Source: Spirochaetia bacterium (GTDB lineage Bacteria; Spirochaetota; Spirochaetia; SZUA-6; Bin103). From it: 64,000 nucleotides of DNA. The stretch covers positions 896,001-960,000 of the forward strand of contig OZ241863.1 in NCBI GenBank assembly GCA_965203055.1. Reading direction: 5' to 3'. This document shows, one piece after another, positions 1-10,692 of this stretch; position 1 is the first letter of the stretch; each line of letters begins with the position of its first letter. The position numbers and the translations under genes were made by a program. The notes under the pieces were generated by a model, which worked only from the letters and a program-made list of their open reading frames with translations, did no database searches and was not told the origin of the DNA.

Positions 1-216
1 GGGCTCGGGATCTTCTCCCACTCCACGTGCGCCGCCACGAGTTCACTGTAGCGCAAGTCCGCCGCAACGCAACCGGCGCGCGCGGCGGCGCGCGGCGGCG
101 CGGGCGCGGCGCTCGGCTCGCCGCCGGCAACGCGCGGTCAAGGTTGCGCCCGGCTGCGCCGGGCGCGCGATGGCAGGCGCGCGGGGGGTGGCCTATACTG
201 CCGGCGAGGTATTCAA

Positions 217-1227
217 GTGAGCGCAAAGCGGAAGGTAATTCTCGATCCCGCGTTTCGCCGGATCGAAGAGGTGTTCCACCCTGACGATCTGGAGCACCTG
301 CACCGGATCGCGGAGGTGGTGTGGGGCCGCAACGAACCGATGCCGGCGGCGGAGTTCGCGGCCGCCAGGGAGGATGCGTTCGCCATCGTCACCGGCCGCT
401 GGCGCCACGGCGACGTGGCGGAGATGCCCCGGCTGCAGGCGATCCTGGAGCTGGGCGGCCGCCACCCCAGTCCGCAGGCGCTCGACTACCACGCCTGCTT
501 CGCGCGCAACATCCGCGTGCTCAGCGTCGCGCCGGCGTTCGGACCGATGGTGGCCGAGATGGCGTTGGCCATGGCCCTGGCCGCGGCGCGCGACGTGGTG
601 GCCGGTTCGGCCGCGTTCCGCGACGGCTCCGAGCGCTATCAGCACCGCGGCAACGAGCACACCTTCACCCTGTACGACGAGAGCGTGGGCCTGATCGGCT
701 GCGGCAGCCTGGCGCGCAATCTCATGCCGCTGCTGGCCCCCTTCCGCTGCCGCCTGCTGGGCTACGACCCGTGGTTGTCGGAGCGCTACCTCGCGCGGAT
801 GGGCGTGCGGCCGGTAGCGCTGGAGACGCTGCTCGAACAGGCCCGGGTGATCTTCGTGCTGGCCATTCCCTCCAACGAGAACCGCGCCCTGCTCGACCGT
901 TCCCGTCTGGAGCTGATCCGGCGCGGCGCGGTGCTGGCGCTGATGAGCCGCGCCCATGTGGTCGACTTCGACGCGCTGACCGATTTGCTCTACGCCGGCC
1001 GCTTCAAGGCGGCCATCGACGTGTTTCCCAAGGAGCCGGTGCCGGCGGACCACCCCATCCGCCATGCTCCGGGGGTGGTGTTGGCCGCCCACCGCGCGGG
1101 CACGGTACCGGAAGACATGCGGGAGCTGGGCCGCATCGCGGTGAACGATCTGGAGGCGCTGCTGCAGGGGCTGCCGCCGCGCGAGATGCAGCCGGCCGAT
1201 CCCGCCATCGTGTTCCGCCTGCCGTAA
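217..1227 (+). CDS. D-isomer-specific 2-hydroxyacid dehydrogenase, NAD-binding
   Basis: Rossmann GLIGCGSLA..LLGYDP, LMSRAHVVD, AIDVFPKEP and AAHRAG motifs. Confidence 0.85.
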   Translation: MSAKRKVILDPAFRRIEEVFHPDDLEHLHRIAEVVWGRNEPMPAAEFAAAREDAFAIVTGRWRHGDVAEMPRLQAILELGGRHPSPQALDYHACFARNIRVLSVAPAFGPMVAEMALAMALAAARDVVAGSAAFRDGSERYQHRGNEHTFTLYDESVGLIGCGSLARNLMPLLAPFRCRLLGYDPWLSERYLARMGVRPVALETLLEQARVIFVLAIPSNENRALLDRSRLELIRRGAVLALMSRAHVVDFDALTDLLYAGRFKAAIDVFPKEPVPADHPIRHAPGVVLAAHRAGTVPEDMRELGRIAVNDLEALLQGLPPREMQPADPAIVFRLP

Positions 1228-1263
1228 CCGGCGGGGCCGGCCACAGCGGGCCGCCGGCGGCGC

Positions 1264-3957
1264 TTACTTGGCGGCGGCGCGGCGCCGGGGCGAGGCCGGC
1301 CGCCGGGCGGCGGCAGGGCGGTTGGCCGCGGACCGCCGCTTCGGCGCCGGGCCGCGCTCGCGCCGCAGCAGCAGCAACTCCGCGGCCCGCTCCGCGGTAA
1401 TCCGCTCCACCGTGTCGCCGGTCCGCAGGGAGGCGTTGGTCTCGCCGTCGGTGACGTAGGGACCCCAGCGGCCCTCCTTGAGCAGCATCGGCTTGCCGCT
1501 GGTCGGATCCGGACCCAACTCGCGCAACGGGGGCTTGGCGGCCTGGCTGCGCCGCCGCTTGGGCTGGGCGAAGATCCGCGCGCTCTGTTCCAGGGTAATG
1601 GTGAACACCAGCTCCTCCGAATCCAGCGTGCGGTTGTCGGCGCCCTTCTTGAGGTAGGGACCGTAGCGCCCGTAGTGCGCGGTGATCGGCTTGCCGTCGG
1701 CCGGATCGTTGCCGATCAGGCGCGGCAGCGCCAGCAGCTTGAGCGCCTCGTCCAGGGTCACCGAATCGCTGCTCATTCCGGCGAACAGCGAGGCCGTCCG
1801 GGGCTTCTCCTTGCCGCCGGCGCCGCCCTCGCCGGCCTGCACGTAGGGGCCGAACCGCCCGGCGCGGACGATCACCGGCAGGCCGGTGGCCGGCTCCTCG
1901 CCCAGTACGCGGTCGTCGTTCGGCGCCTGGATCAGCTCCAGCGCGCGTTCGACGGTCAACTCGTCCGGGGCAATCTCGTCGGGCACGCTGGCGCGCTGCC
2001 CGCCGCGCTCCAGGTAGGTGCCGTAGCGCCCCACCCGCACCACGACGCCGGCCCCGTCGGCGTCGCTGCCGATGGCCACCGAGTTGACGGCGCGCGCGTC
2101 GATGTCGCCGAGCCGGTCTCCCACCATCGCCTTCAGGCCGCCGTCGGCGTCGCTGTCTTCGGCGCCGGCGCCGAAGTAGAAGCGCTGCAGCCAGGGCAGC
2201 ACCTGCTCGTCGCCGGTGGCGATGTTGTCGAGGTCATCTTCCATGCGGGCGGTAAAGGCGTAGTCGACCAGATCTGGGAAATGCTGCTCCAACAGGCTCG
2301 TGACCGAGAACGCGGTAAAGGTGGGTACCAGGGCCGTTCCCTTCTTCCAGACGTAGCCGCGCTGCTGGATGGTGGTCATGATCGCGGCGTAGGTGGAGGG
2401 GCGGCCGACGCCCAGGGCTTCCAGCCGCCTGACCAGCGAGGCCTCGGTAAAGCGCGCCGGGGGCAGGGTAGCGTGGCCGGCCGGCTCCAACCCGGCGGCA
2501 TGCAGGTCGTCGCCGGCCGCCAGCGCCGGCAGGCGGCGCTCCTCATCCCCGGCGGGGTTTGCGCCGCCGCGCTCCTCGTCGGTCCCTTCCGAATACACCC
2601 GGCGGAATCCATAGTGCGAGATGGTGGTGCCGGCGGCGGCGAATTCGACCTCGCGCCCATCGGCAGCTTCGCCGCCGATCCGCAGATGCACGGTGCTGCC
2701 GACCGCATCGGTCATCTGCGAGGCCACGGTTCGCTTCCACACCAGTTCGTACAGCGCCGCTTCGCGGCTCGGCAGGGCGCCGCGTACCTGTTCGGGCGCG
2801 CGAAAGCTGTCCCCGGCGGGCCGGATCGCCTCATGAGCTTCCTGGGCGTTCTTGACCTTCCCGGTGTAGCGGCGCGGCTTTGGCGGCAGGTAGCTGCCGC
2901 CGAAACGCTCCCGGACGATCGCGCGGGCGGCGCGGTGGGCGGTGTCCGACAGGGTAGTGCTGTCGGTCCGCATGTAGGTGATGTAGCCCTTCTCGTACAG
3001 CGACTGCGCGGTGCGCATCGCCGCCGTCGCGGACATGCGCAACTTGCGCCCCGCCTCCTGCTGCAGGGTGGAGGTGATGAACGGGGCCGCGGGGCGGCGC
3101 CGGTAGGGCTTCTCGTCCACCGCGCGCACCGCGAACCGGCTTTCCGCCAGGCCGGCGGCGAGGGCGCGCGCGGCGCGCTCGTCGAGGCGTATGGTGTCTT
3201 TCCGCTTCAGCCGCCCGCCGCGGTCGAAGCTGGCCCCGGTGGCGACGGCGCGGCCGTCCACCTCGACCAGCGCCGCGCTGAAGTCGCGGGGATCGCCGGC
3301 CGCGACCTCGCCGGGAACGCTGAAGGTGGCCGTCAGACTCCAGTACTCGGCGGCCACGAACGCGATGCGCTCGCGCTCCCGTTCGACGACGATGCGCGTG
3401 GCGACGCTCTGCACGCGCCCCGCGGACAGGCGCGGCTGCACCTTCTTCCACAGCACCGGCGAGACCTCGTAGCCGTACAGCCGGTCGAGAATGCGGCGCG
3501 CCTCCTGGGAGTCGACCAGCCGGCGGTCGATGGCGCGCGGCTGCTCGATCGCCGCCCGGATGGCCGGCGCGGTGATCTCGTGGAACACCATGCGCCTGAC
3601 GGCGACCCGCTTGGCCGGCTTCAGCACCTGCTGCAGATGCCAGGCAATCGCCTCCCCCTCGCGGTCCTCGTCCGTCGCCAGGTAGAGCACCTCCGCCTTG
3701 GCCAGCAGCGCCTTGAGCTTGCGGATCTGCGGCCGCTTGTCGGGCGGTATCACGTAGAGCGGTTTGAAGCCGCCATCCACGTCGATGCCGAGCCGGGCCC
3801 AGGACTGGTCCTTGTACGCCTTGGGGACGTCCGCGGCGTTCTGCGGCAGGTCGCGGACGTGGCCGATCGAGGACTCGACGACGAAGTTGGAGTCGAGATA
3901 GCCGGCGATGGTGTTCGCCTTGGCAGGCGATTCTACGATGACTAGTGCCGCTGACAC
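1264..3957 (-). CDS. topA: DNA topoisomerase I (type IA) with C-terminal repeats and basic tail
   Basis: LVIVESPAK, LATDEDREGE, SAGRVQS, GYITYMRTDS (catalytic Tyr) and repeated GRYGPY C-terminal units; GTG start at 3957 chosen. Confidence 0.97.
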   Translation of the reverse strand: MSAALVIVESPAKANTIAGYLDSNFVVESSIGHVRDLPQNAADVPKAYKDQSWARLGIDVDGGFKPLYVIPPDKRPQIRKLKALLAKAEVLYLATDEDREGEAIAWHLQQVLKPAKRVAVRRMVFHEITAPAIRAAIEQPRAIDRRLVDSQEARRILDRLYGYEVSPVLWKKVQPRLSAGRVQSVATRIVVERERERIAFVAAEYWSLTATFSVPGEVAAGDPRDFSAALVEVDGRAVATGASFDRGGRLKRKDTIRLDERAARALAAGLAESRFAVRAVDEKPYRRRPAAPFITSTLQQEAGRKLRMSATAAMRTAQSLYEKGYITYMRTDSTTLSDTAHRAARAIVRERFGGSYLPPKPRRYTGKVKNAQEAHEAIRPAGDSFRAPEQVRGALPSREAALYELVWKRTVASQMTDAVGSTVHLRIGGEAADGREVEFAAAGTTISHYGFRRVYSEGTDEERGGANPAGDEERRLPALAAGDDLHAAGLEPAGHATLPPARFTEASLVRRLEALGVGRPSTYAAIMTTIQQRGYVWKKGTALVPTFTAFSVTSLLEQHFPDLVDYAFTARMEDDLDNIATGDEQVLPWLQRFYFGAGAEDSDADGGLKAMVGDRLGDIDARAVNSVAIGSDADGAGVVVRVGRYGTYLERGGQRASVPDEIAPDELTVERALELIQAPNDDRVLGEEPATGLPVIVRAGRFGPYVQAGEGGAGGKEKPRTASLFAGMSSDSVTLDEALKLLALPRLIGNDPADGKPITAHYGRYGPYLKKGADNRTLDSEELVFTITLEQSARIFAQPKRRRSQAAKPPLRELGPDPTSGKPMLLKEGRWGPYVTDGETNASLRTGDTVERITAERAAELLLLRRERGPAPKRRSAANRPAAARRPASPRRRAAAK

Positions 3958-4048
3958 GCGCAGAAAATACGACCGGCGCGGCACCGCGTGTCAATACGCC
4001 CCGCCGAACCGCGACGAACCGCGCGTCAGGCTTGGGGTCCGCGGCCGC

Positions 4049-6088
4049 TCAGGAGCCGTTCGCGGTCTGCTTGACGATGGCAAGGATCCGGTCGCCGTAG
4101 CGCTGCACCTTCGCCGGGCCGATGCCGTGGGCCAGTTCCAGGGCCGCCGGCGAATCGGGCCGGAGCAGCGCGATGTCGCGCAGGGAGCGGTCGCTGGCGA
4201 TGACGTAGGGGGGCACCTGCTGGCGGCGGGCCTCGGCGAGACGAAATGCGCGCAGCGCCTCGAACAGCGCGCGCCCGCCTGCGTCCAGCTCCTCGCGGCC
4301 GCCGCCGCGGGCGGCCTCCGGCCCCGCGCCGGCGGCGCGTTGCGCCGCGCCGGCGGGCGGCGCAACGCGGCGGGCGCGGGCCGGCAGCAGCAGGCGCACC
4401 GGCCGCCGGGCATAGATCACCTCCCGCCCTTCCGCGGTAACCACCGCCAACGGGCGGTCGCCGCCGATGAAGTCGACCCATCCGGCGGTGACGCAGCGCC
4501 GCAGCAGGCGCAGCAGCCACTCTTCCGGAAAGTCGGCCAGGGTACCGAACGTCGGGGTGCGCTCCAGGCCGGCGCGCTGCAGGCGCGCATCCGCCGCCCC
4601 CTTGAGCAGCTTGACCGCCGCCGCCAGCCCGAAGCGGGCATGGACCCGCGCGACGCCGCACAGCGCCTTGCGCACTACCGTGGTGGTGTGCTCCTCGTCG
4701 TGCTGCGGCTCCTCGGCCAATTGGACGCACACGTCGCACCGCCCGCAGCCGGCCAGCGTCTCCTCTTCGTCGCCGAAGTAGCGCAGAATGGCGTCGTGCC
4801 GGCAGCCGCCGCCCTCGGCCCAGCGCATCAGCTCCAGAAACAGATTCCACTTGTGGCGCGCCAGCTCCGGCTCGGGCGCCGCGCCGTTCACGTCGCTGTC
4901 GATGAGGTGCCGGCGCAACGCCATGTCGCCCGGTGAGATGAGCAGCAGACACACCGCCGGCTGCCCGTCGCGCCCGGCGCGGCCCGCCTCCTGGTAGTAG
5001 GCCTCCAGCGAGGCGGGCGGCGCCAGATGCGCCACGCAGCGCACGTCCGCCCGGTCGATGCCCATGCCGAAGGCGTTGGTCGCCACCACCACCTGCAGCG
5101 CGCCTTCCATGAACGCGCGCTGCACCCGGTCGCGCTGCGCGCCGTCCAGACCGGCGTGATAGGGCTGCACCGCCCAGCGCCCGGCGGCGAGGCGCTCCGC
5201 CTCGGCTTCGGCCGCGCGCCGCGTGGGCGCGTACACGATGGCGCTGCCGCCGCGTTGGCCGGGGCCGCCGAGGGTTTCCGCGAGCACGGCGTCGAGCTGG
5301 CGCTCGCGTTCCCGCTTGCTCTGCACCTCCACCGCCCGCAGCGCCAGGTTGGGGCGGGCGAAGCCGTGGATGAGCTGCGGCGTATCGGCCGGCAGTCCGA
5401 GGCGTTCCAGGATCTCGTCGCGTACCACCGGCGTGGCGGTCGCGGTGCAGGCCAGCACCCGGGCTCCGGGCAGAAGCTGCAGCAGCTCGCCGAGCTGCAG
5501 GTAGTCGGGACGAAAGTCGTGGCCCCAGGCGCTGATGCAGTGCGCCTCGTCGATCGCCACCAGCGGGCACGCGATCCGCGTCAGGGCGGCCCGCAGCCAG
5601 TTGTTGGCCAGCCGTTCCGGCGCGACGTAGACCAGCTTGTAGGCGCCGCCGGCCAGGGCGGCGACGCGCCGCCGCACCTCTTCGTGCGGCAGGGTGCCGG
5701 CCAGGTAGGTGGCGGCCACGCCGCGCCGGTCGAGCGCCGCCACCTGATCGTGCATCAGGGCGATCAGCGGCGAGATTACCACCGTGGTGCCGGGCAGCAG
5801 CACGGCCGGAAGCTGGTAGGTCAGGCTCTTGCCGCCGCCGGTGGGAGCCACCAGCAGCAGCCGCCGCGCCCGCAGCAGGGTGTCGATCGCTTCGCGCTGG
5901 CCGGCGCGGAAGGCGCTGAGCCCGAGCCGGCGCAAGCCTTCGCCCAGGTCGCCCCCGGAACGTTGCGCGCCGCCGGCTGCGGCGCCGGAGCGGGCCGCGG
6001 GCGGAGCAGCGGCCGCGCGCGCGCCGCCGGAACGAGGGCCGGCGGCCGCCGTTGCCGCGGGCCGGGCTGCGAACAGATTTCCTTGCAT
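4049..6088 (-). CDS. recQ: ATP-dependent DNA helicase RecQ
   Basis: APTGGGKS, DEAHCISAWGHDFRPDY, QEAGRAGRDG, Zn-binding CGRCDVC, and RQC and HRDC (PPYVIASD..L) domains. Confidence 0.95.
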   Translation of the reverse strand: MQGNLFAARPAATAAAGPRSGGARAAAAPPAARSGAAAGGAQRSGGDLGEGLRRLGLSAFRAGQREAIDTLLRARRLLLVAPTGGGKSLTYQLPAVLLPGTTVVISPLIALMHDQVAALDRRGVAATYLAGTLPHEEVRRRVAALAGGAYKLVYVAPERLANNWLRAALTRIACPLVAIDEAHCISAWGHDFRPDYLQLGELLQLLPGARVLACTATATPVVRDEILERLGLPADTPQLIHGFARPNLALRAVEVQSKRERERQLDAVLAETLGGPGQRGGSAIVYAPTRRAAEAEAERLAAGRWAVQPYHAGLDGAQRDRVQRAFMEGALQVVVATNAFGMGIDRADVRCVAHLAPPASLEAYYQEAGRAGRDGQPAVCLLLISPGDMALRRHLIDSDVNGAAPEPELARHKWNLFLELMRWAEGGGCRHDAILRYFGDEEETLAGCGRCDVCVQLAEEPQHDEEHTTTVVRKALCGVARVHARFGLAAAVKLLKGAADARLQRAGLERTPTFGTLADFPEEWLLRLLRRCVTAGWVDFIGGDRPLAVVTAEGREVIYARRPVRLLLPARARRVAPPAGAAQRAAGAGPEAARGGGREELDAGGRALFEALRAFRLAEARRQQVPPYVIASDRSLRDIALLRPDSPAALELAHGIGPAKVQRYGDRILAIVKQTANGS

Positions 6089-6202
6089 TCAGGCGCCGCC
6101 GATTCGGCGCCAGCATATCATCAGTCGCGCCCCGGCGCCTCTCGCCTGCGCTTGCCGGTGCGCGCCCTCGACGTTCCGCTTGCGCCGCACTACCATGGCG
6201 GC

Positions 6203-7330
6203 ATGGCTCTCAACGTGGGTGTAGTAGGGTACAACGGAATCGGCCAGCGGCATGCCGCCTGCCATCATGAAGATGATCTCGCCGCGCTGGTGGCGGTGTG
6301 CGACGTGGTCGCCGAGCGCGCCGAACCGGCGCGGGAGCGGTATGGCGCCGCGGTCTACGGCAGCGTGCCCGACATGCTGGCGGCGCATCCGGAGCTGGAC
6401 GTGGTCGACGTCTGCACCGGCGGCGACGAGAACGGCGGCTGGCACTTCGAGCCCACCATGCAGGCGCTCGACGCCGGCAAGCACGTGCTGGTCGAAAAAC
6501 CGCTGTCGAACGATCTGGACGAGGCGCGCCAGATGGTGGAGTTCGCGGCGCGCCGCGGCCGCTACCTGGGCTGCAACCTGAACCACCACTTCAGCGAGCC
6601 GGCCGACCGCGCCATGGAGCTGGTGCGTGACGGCAAGATCGGCGAGCAGATCTACTGCCTGATGCGGATGGGGTTTCAGGGCGGCGAGTACACCTACTCC
6701 GGTCCGGACGCCAAGGCCAACGGACGCGGCTTTCCCTACTTCCACGTCAAGGCGTTCCTGTCGCACCCGTTCGCCATCATGCGCCACTTCTGCGGCGACG
6801 TCACCCACGTGCAGGCGTTCATGAACCGCCCCGCGTTTCGGCGCGCCGCCGGTGATCCCATGGTCTCGCTGAACAGCATTCACGTGCGCTTCGCCTCCGA
6901 CGCCGTGGGCTACCTGTTCAGCCAGCGCGGCGACGCGCGCTTCGGCTACGGCGGCTGGTGGAGCTTCGAGCTGGGCGGTACCCGCGGCACGTTCGCCATC
7001 GAGAACTGCGTGGAGAAGCTGATCCACTACCCGGCGCCCGGCGCCGAGGGCGCCGCCGATCCCGCCGCCATCAACCTGGGAAGCGCGCCCGAGCCGACCG
7101 TGCTGAACACCGGCATCACCGACTTCGGCGCCACCTTCCCGCGCCGCATCCACGCGTTTCTGGAGGACGTCACGAATGGGGTGCCGGCCAGCGAGTTGCG
7201 CGCCTCCGGGCGCGACGCGCTCGCCACCCTGGAGTACACCTTCGCCGCCATCGAATCATACGAGCTGGGCGGCGAACTGGTGCGCCCGCAGTCGCTGCCG
7301 TCCGCCTCCCGCGATCCCCGGTTGCAGTAG
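6203..7330 (+). CDS. Gfo/Idh/MocA family oxidoreductase
   Basis: N-terminal VGVVGYNGIG and GKHVLVEKPL motifs; ATG at 6203. Confidence 0.88.
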   Translation: MALNVGVVGYNGIGQRHAACHHEDDLAALVAVCDVVAERAEPARERYGAAVYGSVPDMLAAHPELDVVDVCTGGDENGGWHFEPTMQALDAGKHVLVEKPLSNDLDEARQMVEFAARRGRYLGCNLNHHFSEPADRAMELVRDGKIGEQIYCLMRMGFQGGEYTYSGPDAKANGRGFPYFHVKAFLSHPFAIMRHFCGDVTHVQAFMNRPAFRRAAGDPMVSLNSIHVRFASDAVGYLFSQRGDARFGYGGWWSFELGGTRGTFAIENCVEKLIHYPAPGAEGAADPAAINLGSAPEPTVLNTGITDFGATFPRRIHAFLEDVTNGVPASELRASGRDALATLEYTFAAIESYELGGELVRPQSLPSASRDPRLQ

Positions 7331-7343
7331 CGCGGCGCCCCGG

Positions 7344-9065
7344 TCACGCTTCGTCCTCCCTGTCTCCGCGGCCCACGCGCAGGCTGCGCAGGCGGTTGAG
7401 CGCCGCGGCCACCTCGAAGCGCCGCGGCCGCGCCCGATCGCCGAAGCCGGCCTGCGCCAGGGAGTCGAGGCCGCCCGCCTGCAGCTCGCCGTCGAGCGCG
7501 GCGAGGATGCGCGGCAGGTCGCGGCGCCCGTCGCACAGGCCGCGCGCGAGCCGCAACAGCAGATCGCCGATCATGCGGCACTGGGCGGCGTCCACGAGTT
7601 GATACAACAGGCTGACGTCGATCTCCTCATGTCCGAACTCGATGGCGCGCGTCTTGACGGCGCGCACCCGTTCCGGGCGCCGCCCGCGGCGCGGGTCGAG
7701 ACTTTCCGGCAGCGGCACGCGCGGGGCGCCCGGCGGCCAGGCTCCGGGAGCGCGCGGCGCCGCGCCGCCGAGCGGCTGCGCGGCGGCCACTTCCCGCGCC
7801 TGCGCCGTCACGTCGCGCGGCTGGTAGGCGTCCATCCGGATCACGCAGTCGGCCACGTCCAGGTAGTCGCCGGCGCCGCCCACCACCAGCACCGACGACA
7901 CGCCGCGTTCCTCCCGGAGCTGGCGCACGCGGTCGATGAAGGGGGTAATCGGTTCCTGCGCCTCCGGTACCAGCCGGCGCATGCGGGCATCGCGGATCAT
8001 GAAGTTGGTGGCCGCGGTGTCCTCGTCGATCAGCAGCCCGCGGGCTCCCGCCTCCAGCGCTTCGACGATGGCCGCGGCCTGGGAGGTGCTGCCGGACGCA
8101 TCGTCGCTGTCGAAGAAGGAGGTGTCCCGCCCCAGGGGCAGGGCGCCGATGAACGGCGTCAGGCACACGCCGCGCACCGCGCGGCCATCCTCGGCGCGCA
8201 CGCACACCAGTTCCTCGGCGGCGACGCAGCGTTCGCGCCCGTCGCCGGGCAGGTGGTCGTATACGCCGAGCGCCAGCGCCTGCAGCAGCGTGGACTTGCC
8301 GTGGTAGCCGCCGCCTGTGATCAGCGTAACGCCGGCGCGGATGCCGAGGCCGCGCAGGGTTCCGGCGTGCGGCGCCCGCAGCTCCGCGGCCAGCGCGGGC
8401 GGCGCCTGCAACCGCCGCGCCTGCGCCAGGGGCCGCGCGTCGGCGCCGCTGCGGCGCGGCAGGATGCTGCCGTCGGCCAGAAACGCAATCAGTCCGCGCG
8501 CGCCGAGCTGCGCGCGCAAGGCAACCTGGTCTTCCACCACCTGCACGTGGGTGCGCAGCGCGGCGAAGTCCAGCCCTTCCGCCACTCCTTGCAGCGCCGC
8601 CTCGAGGCGCCGCGCCAGGAGCTCGGCCGCGGCGCGGCCCAGGATGCGGCGCCCGGCCGCCGGCAGGCCGGCGCACAGGCGCAGCCGGGCGCTGCCCTCC
8701 GCGCTCACCGCGGCGCCGGTCCGGTCCAGCACCTCCGGGCCGGTCGCGGCGATCTCCAGCAGGCCGCTCCGGCCGCTGCCGGCGCCGCCGGCGGCGCGCG
8801 CCAGAGCCGGTTGCAGCGCCCGCTGCAGGAAGTCGGCGGCGGCGCGGCGCGCGGCGCTGCCCTCCCGCGCCCAGGCCGGCAGCCTCAGCGCCGCGCCCGG
8901 CAGGTCCACCCGCAGGCGGCTCGGCGCGGCGAACGGGTCGCCCTGCACGTGTTCGAAGGTCAGCATGCCGCTCGCCAGCGGGTAGCTGCGCCCGCGCAGA
9001 TCGCGATAGTGGCCGTAGGGCCGCCCATCGATCCGGTGCAGGTCGCGCACCAGCGCGCCGCTCAC
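7344..9065 (-). CDS. ABC-ATPase domain-containing protein (soluble predicted ATPase)
   Basis: HVQGDPFAAPS N-terminal motif, GGGYHGKST Walker A, DASGSTSQAA and LLIDEDTAATNFMIRD. Confidence 0.85.
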   Translation of the reverse strand: MSGALVRDLHRIDGRPYGHYRDLRGRSYPLASGMLTFEHVQGDPFAAPSRLRVDLPGAALRLPAWAREGSAARRAAADFLQRALQPALARAAGGAGSGRSGLLEIAATGPEVLDRTGAAVSAEGSARLRLCAGLPAAGRRILGRAAAELLARRLEAALQGVAEGLDFAALRTHVQVVEDQVALRAQLGARGLIAFLADGSILPRRSGADARPLAQARRLQAPPALAAELRAPHAGTLRGLGIRAGVTLITGGGYHGKSTLLQALALGVYDHLPGDGRERCVAAEELVCVRAEDGRAVRGVCLTPFIGALPLGRDTSFFDSDDASGSTSQAAAIVEALEAGARGLLIDEDTAATNFMIRDARMRRLVPEAQEPITPFIDRVRQLREERGVSSVLVVGGAGDYLDVADCVIRMDAYQPRDVTAQAREVAAAQPLGGAAPRAPGAWPPGAPRVPLPESLDPRRGRRPERVRAVKTRAIEFGHEEIDVSLLYQLVDAAQCRMIGDLLLRLARGLCDGRRDLPRILAALDGELQAGGLDSLAQAGFGDRARPRRFEVAAALNRLRSLRVGRGDREDEA

Positions 9066-9137
9066 GCCGCCCTCCCGCTTGGCGGACCTGCCAGCCTCGC
9101 GCAAGCGCGCGTCAATCGATACCGTGGAGACGACACC

Positions 9138-9159
9138 TGACAAGGATATACTCTTGTCA
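9138..9159. promoter_or_regulatory. Inverted repeat TGACAAG-N8-CTTGTCA enclosing a TATACT -10-like hexamer upstream of modA
   Basis: Perfect 7-bp arms seen directly in the divergent intergenic region. Confidence 0.5.
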
Positions 9160-9235
9160 CTGATGAGACAGTCACACGCGGCTCGCAACGCCGGTTGCCT
9201 GCCCGCCGCGCTCCCGCCGCACGCCCACCTGCCGG

Positions 9236-10018
9236 ATGGATGCTGACGGCGGCGGGCACCGCGGCCGGCGCCCGCGCCGCGCCGGGCTGCCGGCGGCGCT
9301 GCTCGCGCTGCTGCTGGCGGGGGGCGTGCCCGCCGCGCTGCCCGCCGATGAGGTGCGGGTTGCGGCGGCGGCTAACTTCAGCGCCGCGGCGCAGGAGATC
9401 GGCGCGCTGTTCGCCGCGGCCAGCGGCCACCGCGCGCGGTTCAGCTTCGGCTCCAGCGGACTACTGTATGCCCAGATCATCCAGGGCGCTCCGTTCGACG
9501 TGTACCTCGCCGCCGACCGGCGCTTTCCGCAGCGGCTGGTGAGCGAAGGGCACGGGGTGGCCGGCAGCGGCTTTACCTACGCCGCCGGCCGGCTGGTGCT
9601 GTTCAGCGCCGGCGCGGTCCGGGTGGACGGCCGCGCGAGTCTGGAGCGGGCGGACTTCACCCGGCTGGCCATTGCCAATCCGCGCCTGGCCCCCTACGGC
9701 GCCGCGGCCGGGGAAACGCTCGCCGCCCTTGGCCTCGGCGAGCGGCTGCGCCCCAAGGTGGTGTACGGCAACAACGTCGCCCAGACCTACCAGTTCGTGC
9801 TCACCGGCGCCGCCGAGCTGGGGTTCGTGGCCTTGGCGCAGGTAGCCGGCCACGACCTGGGCTCGCGCTGGGTGGTGCCGCCGGAGTTGCACTCGCCGAT
9901 CGCCCAGGACGCCGTGCTGTTGCGGCAGGGGGCCGGCAACGCCGCGGCGCGCGCCTTCCTGCGGTTCCTGCGCGGACCCGCGGCGGCCGCGGTAAAGGCG
10001 CGCTACGGCTACCGGTGA
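9236..10018 (+). CDS. modA: Molybdate ABC transporter substrate-binding protein
   Basis: [41 protein letters not shown] and a signal peptide. Confidence 0.95.
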   Translation: MDADGGGHRGRRPRRAGLPAALLALLLAGGVPAALPADEVRVAAAANFSAAAQEIGALFAAASGHRARFSFGSSGLLYAQIIQGAPFDVYLAADRRFPQRLVSEGHGVAGSGFTYAAGRLVLFSAGAVRVDGRASLERADFTRLAIANPRLAPYGAAAGETLAALGLGERLRPKVVYGNNVAQTYQFVLTGAAELGFVALAQVAGHDLGSRWVVPPELHSPIAQDAVLLRQGAGNAAARAFLRFLRGPAAAAVKARYGYR

Positions 10019-10692
10019 ACGCCGCCCTGTGGCCGCCGGTCCTGCTGACGCTGCGCCTCGCCGCGGTCACCACCGTCATCCTGCTGGCCGTCGGCACGCC
10101 GATCGCCTGGTGGCTGGCGCGCTCCCCGCGGGCGTGGAAGGAGGCGGTCGCCGCGGTGGTGGCGCTGCCGCTGGTGCTGCCGCCGACGGTGCTCGGCTTC
10201 TACTTGCTCATCGCCCTGGGGCCGGGCGGTCCGGGAGGTTGGCTCGCCGGGCTGTTCGGCGGCCGCTCGCTGGCGTTCACCTTCACCGGTCTGGTGATCG
10301 GATCGGTGTGCTACTCCCTGCCGTTCGTGGTGCAGCCGATCCGCAACGCCTTCGAGGCGTTCGGCGCGCGCCCGCTGGACGTTGCCGCCACGCTGCGCGC
10401 GAACCCGTGGGACGCGTTCTGGAGCGTGGCGGTGCCCCTGGCGCGGCCCGGCCTGGTGAGCGGCGCGGTGCTCGGCTTCGCCCACACGGTGGGGGAGTTC
10501 GGGGTGGTGCTGATGATCGGCGGCAACGTTCCGGGTCACACGCGAGTGTTGTCGGTCGCCGTCTACGAGTACGTGGAGACCCTGCAGTGGCGCGAGGCGC
10601 ACCTGCTGGCCGGCGGCATGCTGCTGTTCTCGTTCCTGGTGATCCTGGCGGTGCGGCTGCTGGAACGGCGCAGCGTCCGGCGGCGCCCGTGA
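10015..10692 (+). CDS. modB: Molybdate ABC transporter permease
   Basis: [15 protein letters not shown] and [17 protein letters not shown]; 4-nt overlap with modA. Confidence 0.95.
   Translation: MNAALWPPVLLTLRLAAVTTVILLAVGTPIAWWLARSPRAWKEAVAAVVALPLVLPPTVLGFYLLIALGPGGPGGWLAGLFGGRSLAFTFTGLVIGSVCYSLPFVVQPIRNAFEAFGARPLDVAATLRANPWDAFWSVAVPLARPGLVSGAVLGFAHTVGEFGVVLMIGGNVPGHTRVLSVAVYEYVETLQWREAHLLAGGMLLFSFLVILAVRLLERRSVRRRP

Noticed and set aside
1675..3945. Long antisense and alternative-frame ORFs (also 58932..61673, 23856..25724, 40368..42245, 7176..9140)
   Set aside because: Shadow ORFs expected from high GC and codon bias opposite well-supported genes
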